A stretch of 64,000 nt of DNA from Raja brachyura. Taxonomy: Eukaryota. The notes under the pieces are model-generated. The model was not told the DNA's origin. It did no database searches and saw nothing but the letters and a program-made list of their open reading frames with translations. Positions 36,354 to 48,549 of the stretch are shown piece after piece (position 1 is the first letter of the stretch; each line of letters opens with the position of its first letter). The position numbers were made by a program, and so were the translations under genes. The stretch spans positions 20,026,001 to 20,090,000 of the forward strand of contig OY740793.1 of assembly GCA_963514005.1 (NCBI GenBank), in the 5' to 3' direction.

Positions 36354-36989
36354 GTTTATAGACAATGCTAATGTATTTTTTACCATTTTAAGTCGTGTTA
36401 AAATATTGCAAGTAGTGCTCGGGCCAAACGGGTTCTCCAGAAAAACTACAGCAAAATCATGTAGAAATATGCCTGCTCCAACATGAGCATTGCTTCTACC
36501 CAAAAGATGTATTGAATTAAGACAATTGCAGGTTCTGACTAGCATCAATGTGATAGTAATGAGGTATAGCACTTAGAAGAAGATGCTCACCCATTATCAT
36601 GCATGCATCAGAAATATACAGAGCACCACAAAGGAAAGGGAGGTTGTGGAGATGACGGTCTTCACAAATGTGCATCTTTGTCTCCCTTTTCCAGGGCTAG
36701 CCACCTTCCCTCAGTAACCTGCCACACCTATGATGTATATTGGTGCTACCTGCCGGAATGGACATGAACTAAACAAAACATTGTTTCCTTTCTTTTACCA
36801 TCTCCAAAAAAATTCTTATTAATTTTTTAGCACAAACTTTGGAATTGTATGAGCCGCGTCCAGTGAGTTATGGAGCTGCCCGAGTCAGGCCTTGTGATAT
36901 CATCAGCGTCTCTTTAAACTGAAATAAAGCAAGAACACAATGCAACGTGCACCTGGTTCATCTGAGGTTAACAGTCATTGTGTGGAGCT

Positions 36990-37272
36990 TAGTTTAGAGA
37001 AACAGCATGGAAAAAGTCCCTTTGGCACATTGAGTCTGCACCGACCAGCGATCCCTGCACATTAACACTACCCTACACATGCTAGGGACAATTTACATTT
37101 ATACCAAGCCAATGAACATACAAATCTTTACGTCTTTGGAATGTGGGAGGAAACCGAAGATCTTGGAGAAAACCCACAAGGTCATGGGGAGAACGTACAA
37201 ACCCGTAGCCAGGATCGAACCTGGGTCTCTGGCACTGCAAAGCAGTAGCTCTACTGTTACGCCACCGTGCCA
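36990..37272 (-). mobile_element. V-SINE (HE1-like)
   Basis: Matches the other copies; (TTTAG)n tail. Confidence 0.85.
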
Positions 37273-39299
37273 CTCCAGTTGCGAAGGTGTGAAGTGAAAC
37301 TTGCAGTTTGTGATGATTAATGTTATTGGGTGTGCATCTGATGGCAGGGGTATGTCAGACATCTGAACTTGGATCAAGATCAGAATTACCCAGCTTTACG
37401 ATTAATGAGATTCCACCCACAAAGAATTGCAAGCATGATTTATTCTGAAAATTGTTTTTATGTTGTATTCTACTATAAAATAACAATGCTACATGTTTCA
37501 ATTTCTTGACCATAGTTCTTGGTGCATGTAAATATTTGCTCTGCTGGTTCAAGGAAACTAAAGGCAAAAGTTATCAACTTGAGCTATTGTCAAAATTAAA
37601 TTGGTGCAGTTATGTGTCTGTCGTAATCTCTTTGATTTTGAAAATTCAATTCTCTTTGAAATGATGAAATTGGAGGGAAAGGGAATCCTTTACAATTGAT
37701 GTGATGTGATTCAGACTGGAAATAAACTATGAAATCCTAATGCACGTATGCTCATGTTCAAAGGAATTGGGGGATGGTTAATTGGCTTTTATTGTGAGTG
37801 AATTTGAGTTTGATAAATAGGTTTTAGAGCCACTTTTGGCCCTTCGTGTGACATTTCTATGTACAGTTTTAATCTTCTTAAAGTGCCCGCTGGTTACTTC
37901 TCTCCATGAGAGGAGCCATTTTGGAAAGAAACCATCATCCTTCTGGAGCCTGATATTTGGGAACACCTTATGGCAGTAATGCAGGGTGCAGTGAGTTGGA
38001 ATTATGATTATTTTGTGCCCCCTGTGTACCTTGGAGCAAATGAGTAGACAGCTATATTGATCAATGTCTCCTTACAAAGACTCTTCATTAAAATAATATC
38101 TCAATGCAGCTATTTACAATCTCATGAAAAACATACAAATCATGCAATAATTTAATAATATAAATACAGAGTATGGTGCACTGGCTAGGTTATTGGATGC
38201 AATGACATAAACATCTCATGCAATGCAGAGGATAGAAACTATGTTTATTGAAAACTTGGATTGCACAAATTAATTTTAGGCATGTAATACTTTTCAAGAT
38301 TGAGTTCTATACCCATCAGGATTGTCATCAGGCTTCTCAATTATTCAACTCTCTGGGAATTGTTTCCCTTTGAGCTTATTTATAGTTCATTTTGATGATC
38401 TTAGTAACGTATCTTCCGATGAAAATTAGACAGTCCAAAAGTGTTTTGTTGTGCATCAAATCTGTCTTACATTTGATCCAGAATGCATGGTGCTGACTTT
38501 ACAGGAGTCATTTTTGATAAAATTGGAGATTCCATGGACGAAACAATAGTAGGAATTTGCAATACTGCAAACCCTCATCCCTCCCACCCCAACTCATGCT
38601 GCATTTCAACATTAAATTGATTAGCAATTCCAACACATGATTATCTGTGGGAAGAGTTTAAAACAATGAGATCTCAGAGGATGGTGGGTACATCGAATGA
38701 GCTGCCAGAGGAGGTAGTTGAGCTACATAATATAACAACATTTAAGGGGCACTTGGACAGACACATGGATAGGAAAGGTTGAAAGGGATACGGGCAAAAT
38801 GCTGGCAAATGAGACTAACTTAGATGGAGCATCTTGGTTGTATGGACGAATTGGGCCAAAAGGCCTCAGTGCTGTGTGACCCTATCACTCAAGGAATTTA
38901 TTAGAATAATCCCAGCTGCAGCATTCCTCCATTGATGAATGACAATGTCATACTTAGTTGTGAATGTCTGTGCGCAGAGATCCGTTATTCCAGAACAACA
39001 GTTAATTTTCTTATTGCAGGTATTCTTTACCACAAGCTGCACACAAAACATACTCCTGCAAAATGTGACTCATGGTTCCGTTTATGAGAAAGGATCTGGA
39101 ATAGAGATTGGTGGAGCTGATCTTTGATTTTTCTTTCTGATAGCGATCTCCTGGTAATGACATTTTCCCTGGCGGTCTGTGGTTAATTCACACAAGATAA
39201 GCTGGTGATTCTTCAAGACGATCGATGTTCAGTCTTTTCTCATTCTGGATGGGAAATAATGCAGTGCAGCACACAGAGGAAGTTAATGAGACAGTCTGC

Positions 39300-39360
39300 T
39301 GTTCTGCCAGATGGTGGAGTGATTGATAGATGCATAAAATCTGACAGCAGATCAAAGGCA
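39300..39360. promoter_or_regulatory. Candidate enhancer motif cluster (E-box, PBX-HOX, MEIS, TCF/LEF)
   Basis: CAGATG 39308, TGATTGAT 39320, CTGACAG 39341 and AGATCAAAGG 39349 in non-repetitive DNA. Motif evidence only. Confidence 0.35.
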
Positions 39361-41159
39361 TTGCAGAAAACAAATGGGAAACAGCGATACAAAGATAGCA
39401 CTGTACTGTGTGTATCATTTATCTATGTAGAGGCGGCTGCTTCCCATTATTGGATGGGCATTTTCTGATATGATGTCTTGTAATTAATTGTAACTCATGT
39501 TAATTTCCTTCCCATCTTTTCTGGTGGTGCACTTCCAGGTGCAAGTCAGTGGAAATAGTTGTTTCCTTGTAGCTCATTGCCATGCCTTAATGTAGTCAGC
39601 TATCTTGGGGTTGTATTGCGCTATACACACATCTCTAGCTGCACTCACTTCATCAAAAGGGAGGCCGCCAATCGATTTTTCTTCTTCATTTCCCAGCAGT
39701 GAGACAATTAGGCCAGTTTCCTTGCAGTGATCGTAACTGACAACGACTGTTTCATTGTAAAACTGGAATAGAACTTGGGATTGTGTGATCTCTTCTTAAA
39801 TTTAAAAGTAAGCAATGCCATTCTTCACCTGGCTTCTACTCCTTAAGGCAACCACTCTGAACATTACATTAGACGACTACCAAAAGGATTAGAAGGAGTG
39901 TATACATTTTCTGTTTTTAAGATTGATACCTTGTGTAGATGGGGCATGTCTAGTATAGTTGGGCCAAAGGGCCTGTTTCCATGCTGTATGAATCTATGAC
40001 TATGACCTATTCCATAATTTATGCAAAATTAAATTTGGAATTGATTAATTCTTAAGTCCTATACTCTATTATTCCACTAGTCCAGCCCATCCTTTTATTT
40101 TATGGATCTGGCAAGTGAAAGAATTGTGTGTCATAATGGATTAACACATTGATTGGTCTTGAATTCAAACTGAGCCTAAGTTGAATGAAGGGTCTCTCTT
40201 TATAATTGTGGTAATTGTTCTATGTGGAATTAATCAGAATATAGTTCTAACAGTGACAAAGTGAAGCCGTGTACATGGGCAAAATTGTCAGCATCAACGT
40301 GCTGGGCAAAAGGGCCAATTTCTATGGTGTAAGATTCTATGGTTCTCTGACTAGTCTTATGTTCACAAAGAAAGGCTCCCTTGGCTATGAAAAGCCAAGC
40401 AGACAGCTGGGACTAAGACATGCACAGTATCTTTTGGCTGAATAGATGGAAATTTACCGAACAACTAATTTATGTTTGAACTAATCAGTGATCAATTAAA
40501 GGGAAGTCATGCATACTTTACTTGTGATTTACAGTGCTGTATTTAACCTTTGTGTCCTGGGTGAAATAATATAAAAGGCACTCTGGCCTCCATTAAGCAT
40601 TGGTGGAAACATTGGGTGTAAAAGTCAAACACTTTTCATTCACACCATTTACCTTGAATTGACTGACAGTGTGATTGCTTCGTAAAATGTACTGTAAGTA
40701 CTAGAATTGCCAATGTCAGTGAGACTATGGTTGACATTCTTATTACTGACTCTGTCAGTGTGTAATAGCAGACATTACACTGAGAAGGCAGGGTAATGAG
40801 GTTAAAGAATAGGGCTGTATAAATAGAGAGACCAGTGAGCCATTTCCTTGGATAGTTGATCCCAGGGTGGATAGAGTCAAATGAAATCTTGATTAACCTT
40901 TCGTTCAGTGATGTGATAATATGGGTCCCAGGAACACAACTCAAGCATTGGAAAGAGATTATTCAGTAGATCATCAACAGACTCTGGGGATTTTTTTTCC
41001 ATCATCAGAGAACTTTATACCTGTCTGTAGGTTTGTTAAAAGTTTGGGAATAACTCCAAGGAAAGGAAAGCAAGGCTGATTTTACTAAGCACTTGTGGGC
41101 CAGATGTACAAAAGCATAACCAATGAATAAAGTACACATTGCCCAGATGCAACATGGAT

Positions 41160-41322
41160 TTGTGTAGGAAAGAAGTGCGGATGCTGGTTTAAATCGAAGG
41201 TTGACACAAAATGCTGGAGTAACTCAGCAGAGTTACTCCAATATTTTGCTGGAGTCAGGCAGCATCTCTGGAGAGAATTAAGGGGTGACGTTTCGGGTCG
41301 AGACCCTTTTTCAGCATTTTGT
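41160..41322. repeat. Rearranged Penelope-derived palindromic fragment
   Basis: CAAAATGCTGGAGTAACTC/GAGTTACTCCAATATTTTG mini-palindrome plus GGGTGACGTTTCGGGTCGAGACCC (hammerhead-like on the minus strand). Confidence 0.7.
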
Positions 41323-42480
41323 TTGTTCAGTACCCCTGAGCACTATTCAGGAAGTTCTGAATCAACAAAAACCCAAGAAGGTGAAAATAATAGCCTTTCA
41401 GTGGATTTAATGGCTCTTATGTCCTTTGCCCATTGCCAGCTTTACAAAGTTGAACATAACAGGCCAAAAATAGTTACTAGGAATAACAATTCCACAGTCT
41501 CCACTACATTGATTCCTCCGTGCTTAATATCCTGAATGATAGAAATCATGGGGGAAATTTGGTAGGAAGGCAGGAAAGATTAACTTTTTGAAATTTCTGC
41601 TGTTCCTTCCTGAATGTGGAGGACCAAGTCTCTCAGATCCAAGTCCAATATCATGACTAATGTGGTCAACATGTGGCATAGTCTGGCTGTCTCCCAGAAC
41701 GGAAGATGGATCACTTTGTGTGTCCGCTGTTGCTGGTAATTTAGGAGAAAGATCCAACATAATTGCAGTTGATTGCATGTTTTTATCGAGTGAAGTCGCT
41801 AGTATGATCTCCTTACATCCTGCTCCTGATCTCACACCTGCTTCCTGAGTGCTTGAGATTCGATGGATGTATCTGCTTGACCTCTATTGACAGGATCCCA
41901 GTAAGTCTGTGCTTTCAATTTTTAGATAAAATCTCAAATTTTCTAGCAATTGATCTTAACCAAAAGCTGTAACTGAGTTGCAGTTATTATGTGATTTGTC
42001 TTTTTTTTTTCTTATCAAGATTGAAATAATACATTCATTCTGCTCTTTCTAGTAGATTAAAGAAATACATTCCGAAGGCTCGATAGCAAGCAGCTACACT
42101 CAGAATGTTTTAGCATTAAAATTGCACGAAATAGGACTTAGATTATTTTGAATTAGCATTATTTTTCTGAAGTAGAACTATGACCTTAGTAAAAGATGTA
42201 AAACATTTATCTCTGTAATGCCTCTTTGAATCTTACCTTGATAATGATAATAATTTTTTTGCTTCAGACATTTCAAGCATCTATGAAGGAAATGGCCTTC
42301 AAAAAAAAAGCATGAAATCCCAGTGATAATGTCTTGACAGTAGAACAGAAAAAAGGAACAGCAGCATGGAGACAAGAGGTAGCAAAGAGCATGGCAGGCA
42401 TTCTACAAATAAATATACCTAAAACCATTTCTGCTTCTAGCTATGTAGGAAGGAACTGTAGATGCTGGTTTATATCAAAG

Positions 42481-42665
42481 GTAGACACAAAATGTTGAAG
42501 TGACTCAAATGGTCAGGCAACATCTCTGGAGAAAAGGAATAGGTGACGTCTTGGGTAAGATCACTTATTCAGTCTGAAGAAGGGTTTTGACCCGAAACAT
42601 CACCTATTCCATTTTTCCAGAGATGCTGCCTGACCCGCCGAGTTACTCCAGTATTTTGTGTCTAT
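42481..42665. repeat. Penelope-derived palindrome with hammerhead core
   Basis: GTAGACACAAAATG...TATTTTGTGTCTAT arms; CTGAAGA (42574) AGGGTTTTGACCC GAAA (42594) CATC. Confidence 0.8.
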
Positions 42666-43117
42666 CCTCTGCTACCTGTATACTGGTGACATAATGGGGT
42701 GGTTAGAATTATAATCTGGGCACACAAGCCATCAGCAATGGGAGGAAAGACGATTGGGTGGGAGAAAATAAAAACAAGATACTTTGGAGCTGTCTATAAG
42801 ATTAAAGTAATGATCTGGTGAGTATGATTACCTTCAACTAACAACCCAGTTGGGCCAATGGGCAGAATAAAGAAAGGATTTAAGATTGTACATAGGTCCC
42901 TGGTATCACTTGTCAAATGGTATTGCACTTAGATGCAGTGATTAGACAATTGCATAGCAAAGCCAAGATGCTTTTAATGCAAAATATTGCACATCCAGAA
43001 AGACAGAAATAAGCATATTTGCACACAACAGAAAGGCATGACACTCTTGTACCTGAGAGAGTTTCCTTTAACAATAGGTCCAAGAGCTACGGGAGTTAAC
43101 AACTAATAATCTCTATA

Positions 43118-43231
43118 CTAGAGTTATATTTAGATAAGAATAATGTTCAATGCTAGAGTTATATTTAATAATGAATAATGTTCTGTGCTAGAGTTCTATT
43201 TAACATTGAATAATGCTCTAGGGTTGTATTT
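43118..43231. repeat. 35-bp minisatellite, about 3.3 units
   Basis: CTAGAGTTATATTTA...GAATAATG units start at 43118, 43153, 43188 and 43218. Confidence 0.8.
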
Positions 43232-44189
43232 TCTCGAATTTAGTCTATTAAAGGATGATTGACCAAAGTATTTAAAGTGTTTTTTTTATTTGATGTGTTA
43301 GGTAGATAAATTATTTCTGTCATTCATGGTATCTAGGATGACTGTTGAATAGTTGGGGGGGTTGTTAGGGGCTGATTTTGTCTGGATTGAAGCAGTGGCT
43401 GGACCACCAGTTGCTGGAAAATCGGTGGTATATCTGTATTTCTATTTCAATGTGTAATAACAGTACAAAAAACAAATTTATAATTAGTCGGCAGTGTTCT
43501 CATATTATGAGTGGAAGTGCTGAAGTTGTTAGTGGTACTTCAGATTAAAGATGAACCATAGATGAAATAATTGTTCCCAGTCTTCGTAAAGCCAGCAATT
43601 TAATAATATTAACCACATCAGCAAGGAAGCAACTATGAAACATAGATAAATATATAGAGATTAATCTTTGTAATCATTGGCACTGTGGCTCAATGGAGAA
43701 CAATTGCTGTTTTGGTATATGAATCAAATCTGTCAGTGAGAGGCAGTCAGATGTGTTATAAACTGGGGTGATGGCAGGTCAGTATTAGGGGGAAGTAGAT
43801 TGTAAGCAAAGGCCGTAGGTTTAATTGAGGTAAGGTTTGCTAAGGGTACTATGTCTGAGCTGTGCTGAAAACAGTTATAGATCATAATTCATTTTCAATT
43901 GGTCACATTTGGGATTTGTGCTTCAGGGTATAATAAAAGCCTTTGAGACCTTGAATAGTACTGAATGGAAGTGAGTGATTGTGAAAGTCAGAAGACAATC
44001 TATCCTTGTTTTATTCTGCTACCAATGTTGTACATGACCGATACTTACCTTTATTAAATATGGATGGATTTTGAAAGCATCTCTGATAATAGTTTGTTTA
44101 AATGACTTGCAATGATATAGAGGCACAAAATAATATAGACCAGAAACAGGACATTTGGCCTATCAAGAAGGATTGTTACAACAAGAACA

Positions 44190-44620
44190 AGAGGGAAAGG
44201 TTGAGTAGGCTGGGTCTCTATTCCATGGAGCACAGGAGGATGAGGGGAGATCTTATAGAGGTATACAAAATCATGAGAAGAATTGAACGGGTAGATGCAC
44301 AGAGTCTTTTGCCCAGAGTAGGGGAATCGAGGACCAGAGGACATTATGTTCAAGGTGAAGGGGGAAAGATTTAATAGGAATCTGAGGAATAACTTTTTCA
44401 CACAAAGGGTGGTGGGTGTATGGAACAAGCTGCCAGAGGAGGTAGTTGAGGTTGGGAATATCCCACCATTTAAGAAACAATTAAACAGGTACATGGATAG
44501 GACAGGTTTGGAGGGATATGGACCAAGCGCAGGCAGGTGGGACTACTGGGACATTGTTGGCCGGTGTGGGTGAGTTGGGCCGAAGGGCCTGTCTCCGCAC
44601 TGTATCACCCTATGACTCTA
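44190..44620 (+). mobile_element. CR1 LINE 3' fragment
   Basis: ERLSRLGLYSMEHRRMRGDLIEVYK...FFTQRVVGVWNKLP. Confidence 0.9.
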
Positions 44621-44841
44621 TCTCAACCTGAAATGTCACCCATTCCTTCTATCCAGAGATGCTGCCTGTCCCGCTGAGTTACTCCAGCATTTTGTGTCTA
44701 TCTCTGGTCAAACTCATCCATGCCAACCAATATGCTCTAGCTAAGCTATTTGCCTGTGTTAGGCCCATATCCCTCTATAACTTTCCTCTGTACCTGTCAA
44801 AATGTCTTTGAAATATCGTTCTTGTACCTGCCTCAATTAGA

Positions 44842-45068
44842 CAACATGAGTATATAAGTTGGGAGGTCATGTTGCAGTTGTATAAGACGTTGGTGAGACT
44901 GCATTTAGAGTATTGTGTTCAGTTCTGGGCATCATGTTATAGGAAAGATGTTGTCCAGCTTGAAAAGGTACAGAGAAGATTTACGAGGATGTTGCCAGGA
45001 CTCGAGGGTCTGAGCTATAGGGAGAGGTTGAGTAGGCTGGGACTCTATTCCCTGGAGCACAGGAGGAT
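44842..45068 (+). mobile_element. CR1 LINE internal fragment
   Basis: [20 protein letters not shown]...LEKVQRRFTRMLPG. Confidence 0.9.
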
Positions 45069-45127
45069 GGATCCAAGTGTTGGTGTGCTTTCTTGGTCAT
45101 TGCTTCAATATGGCTGGACTAGGACAA

Positions 45128-45750
45128 TTTAGTTTAGTTTAGTTTAGTTTAGTTTAATTTAGAGATACAGCACGGAAACAGGCCCTTCGGCCCACTGAAT
45201 CCACACCGATCAGCGATCCCCGCACATTAACACTATCCTACAGACGCTAGGAACAATTTTACATTTGTACCAAGCCGATTAACCAACAAACCTGCACGTC
45301 TTTGGAGTGTGGGAGGAAACAGTAGATCTCAGAGAAAACCCATGCAGGTTACAGAGAGAAGGTACAAATTCCGTACAGACAAGCACCCGTAGTCAGGAAC
45401 AAACCCGGGTCTCTGACGTTATAATAGCCCTGTCCCATGGTACGAGTTCATTCCAAGAGCTCTCCCGAGTTAAAAAAAAATCAAACTCGTGGTAAGCACG
45501 GAGAATGAACGTAGCGGGTACGTCGGAGCTCGGGGACGTCTCTTCGCGCTAACGGCAGCAACATGGGAAGACTCCCTAATGGCAGGTAAGCACAGGAAGA
45601 CTCGTAAATATTTTTCAACATGATGAAAAATGTCCACGAGAGCCCCGAGTACCGACGATTGGCCATTACCGTAAATCTCCGAGTTTGAATCAGGGAAACT
45701 CGGGAGAACTCTTGGAATGAACTCGTACCGTGGGACAGGGGTTTAAGGCA
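45128..45750 (-). mobile_element. V-SINE interrupted by a MITE
   Basis: (TTTAG)n tail and SINE body to ...GGTCTCTGACGTTATAA; resumes TAAGGCA after the MITE. Confidence 0.85.
45425..45743. mobile_element. Harbinger-like MITE with TAA TSD
   Basis: About 47-bp TIRs (CCCTGTCCCAYGGTACGAGTTCATTCCAAGAGYTCTCCCGAGTT); TAA at 45422-45424 and 45744-45746. Confidence 0.9.
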
Positions 45751-46244
45751 ATGTGGAACTTTCCTCCACAAGGGCATTAACCAGTGGATTAGGACCTTAA
45801 CCTTGAGGGCAAGGAAGATAGTAAGTTGAAAAGTAAGTTGTGCTGTTGATGCTGAGGAACTAGGAAAGGTGGGGACTGCAATGCCTTTTTGTTGCTGGGT
45901 TGCAGCACTTTGTTTGAAAATACTTTCTTCCAAAAATTGCATCTGTTCAAAACCTAACTTTGAAATTAAAATTGCTGGAGCACATCACTGGAGAATTGTT
46001 GGAGAAACAGTTTGTAACTTCTACAATTCATTTATGTCATAAAATTAATGTTCATACAAGTTAAATCTCCCAGCACCTGCCTCACTTTTGTCTCAGAAAA
46101 ACTAGCATTGGTTTGAAGTACATTTCCTATCATTACTACATGGTGGATGAAAATCTTCTGTCGTTCATATGCCTCTTAATATGACTAATTGTCAGTCATT
46201 CCAAAGGACTTGAGAAGGTCTGGCTGCATAATTGCACTAATTGC

Positions 46245-46347
46245 AGCATGGTGGCACAGCGGTAGAGTTGCTGCCTTACAGCGCTTGCAGCGCGGCACAC
46301 CCAGGTTCAAACCTGAATTTGGGTGATGTCTGTACGGAGTCTGTACA
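46245..46347 (+). mobile_element. V-SINE 5' (tRNA-like) fragment
   Basis: GCATGGTGGCACAGCGGTAGAGTTGCTGCCTTACAGCGC...GGTTCAAACC (A and B boxes). Confidence 0.75.
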
Positions 46348-47105
46348 AGCTTTGTGTCATCCACAAACTTGCTAGTGTTGCTCCTAATTCCCTCTTCCAA
46401 ATTATTAATATATATGGTAAACAGTTGCAGCCCCAACACTGAGCCTTGCGGCACTCCAATCGCCACTGCCTGCCATTCTGAAAAGGACCCATACACTCCT
46501 ACTCTTTGCTTCCGGTCTGCCAACCAATTTTCTATCCATGTCAACACCCTACCCCCAATACCATGTGCTCTAATTTTAGTCACCAGTCTCCCGTGCGGGA
46601 CCTTATCAAAGGCTTTCTGAAAGTCTAGATACACTAGAACCACTGGCACCCCTTCATCCATTTTAATTGTCACATCCTCGCAAAATTCTAGAAGATTAGT
46701 CAAGCATGATTTCCCTTTCATAAATCCATGTTGACTCGGCCTAATACTTTTACTGCTATCCAAATGCCCCATTATCACCTCTTTAATAATTGACTCCAGC
46801 ATCTTTCCCACCACCGAAGTCAGGCTAACTGGTCTGTAATTCCCCGTTTCCTCTCTCGCTCCTTTCTTGAAAAGTGGGATAACATTAGCTATCCTCCAAT
46901 CCACAGGAACTGATCCTGAATCTACTGAACATTGGAAAATGATCACCAATGCGTCCACTATTTCTAGAGCCTCCTCCCTGAGGACCCTGGGAGGCAGACC
47001 ATGAGATCCAGGGGAATTATCATCCTTCTGTCCCATTAGCCTACCCAATACTATTTCTCGCCTAATTAAAATTTATATCAGTTCCTCTACCCCCTTAGAT
47101 CCTGT
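46348..47105 (-). mobile_element. CR1 internal RT fragment lacking its 3' end
   Basis: ORF 46185-47048 ([14 protein letters not shown]...QHGF...YLDFQKAFD...GVPQGSVLG...KFVDDTKL), which then reads into the antisense SINE. Confidence 0.93.
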
Positions 47106-48194
47106 GTTGATGTTGTTTGAATTGGTGGCAGGGAACAGGTACTGTGCCCTTATGAGTGAGAGCAGGTGCTGAATTCACTATTGCATCAGAGTACATTACA
47201 TTGCTTGCATTTAATACTGGCATTTTAATATGGAAACTGCTTCATTAAAGTGTCATCACAGTCAAAGCACAAACAAATACAACACAGGAAAGAGCATCAA
47301 AACCTTGACCAAAGCAATGGTTTTAGGGAGGACCATACAAGAAAAAGAAAGAGGTGGAGATGTCAAAGTGCATAGAAGAGGCAGAAGGTGCAACTAGGAA
47401 TCCGAAGATTGAAAATATCCAATGGTTGGGCAAAGGGAATGGAGTTTATATGAAACATGGATTCAGAGGTGCAAACACTGAGGAATGTTATTCAGATACT
47501 GATGATAGAGACATTTTGTTTCAGTTACAGATATTTGTTAGGTCATTACATTGCTTTTGCATTGATCCACTGCTGATGAATATTGTTGCATTGCACTGGC
47601 AGCCTCCATGATTCCTTTCTTCTGAGTCCTTTCTATTATCTTCAGGGTATTTTACTCGATAAACCACACAGGTGTTATCTCTTCCTGTACTGCTTTCATA
47701 TGTACATTTCATTTGATGATACAGGTTCTCTTGATTTTGTGCATGTCTCTGTAGATCTGACCACCAGGTTCAAGATCAGCTTCTTTGCAGCAAACATCAA
47801 GCTCTTGAACATTGCATAGGCCTAACCACTACCTCAGCACCTCTGATATTTGGACTTCTATGGACGTTGTTTGTGGTTGCACTATGGACTTCAGTTTTGC
47901 ACTATTATGGTTATCTAGTATTATTGATTATTAATTTATTGATTATTGTTTATTTATTTGTAAGTTATTATGTTAATGGACCTGCTAAGCTGCAGCAAGT
48001 AAGAATTTCATTGTTCCATTGTTTCTTTGTTGAATTAAGTAATAACATACCAGCACATGTGACAATTAAAAACTTTGTGGGCAATGGCCATACTTCCACA
48101 CGCAGAAGTAGCTGCCTAAAATTCCAAACTGAGATGGCAATCTCGTAATACACAGAAATGGAGACAAGGAAAATAACAGAATCAAATTCACAAT

Positions 48195-48500
48195 AGGCAC
48201 AGCTGGTGGAGCTGCTACCTCACAGTGCCAGAGAACCGAGTTTGATCCTGACCTCAGGTGCTGTCCGTGTGGCATTTGCACATTCTCCCTGTGACCATGT
48301 GGGTTTCCTCCGGGTGCTCTGGTTTCTCCCCCACTTCCTAAAGATGTGTAGGTTTGAAGGATCAATTGGCCTCTGTAAATTGCTGCATGTGTTTAGGGAG
48401 GGATGCAAAAATGGGATAACATGGAACTAGCATGAACAGGCGGTTGGTGGTTGGCGTGGACTTAGTGGGCCAAAGGGCCTGTTTCCATGCTGCATCTTTG
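48195..48500 (+). mobile_element. V-SINE, older subfamily
   Basis: tRNA-like head, conserved TTCTCCCTGTGACCATGTGGGTTTCCTCCGGGTGCTC core and LINE-derived tail. Confidence 0.8.
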
Positions 48501-48549
48501 AATCAATCAATCAAAAACCTTTGTCTAAATTGAGAAAGGATGACTATCT

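Noticed and set aside
43118-43231. CRISPR-like array
   Set aside because: Contiguous degenerate tandem units with no unique spacers, eukaryotic context and no cas genes.
46245-46325. tRNA genes (also near 48195 and 51883)
   Set aside because: tRNA-like heads of SINEs that continue into the SINE body; no proper cloverleaf.
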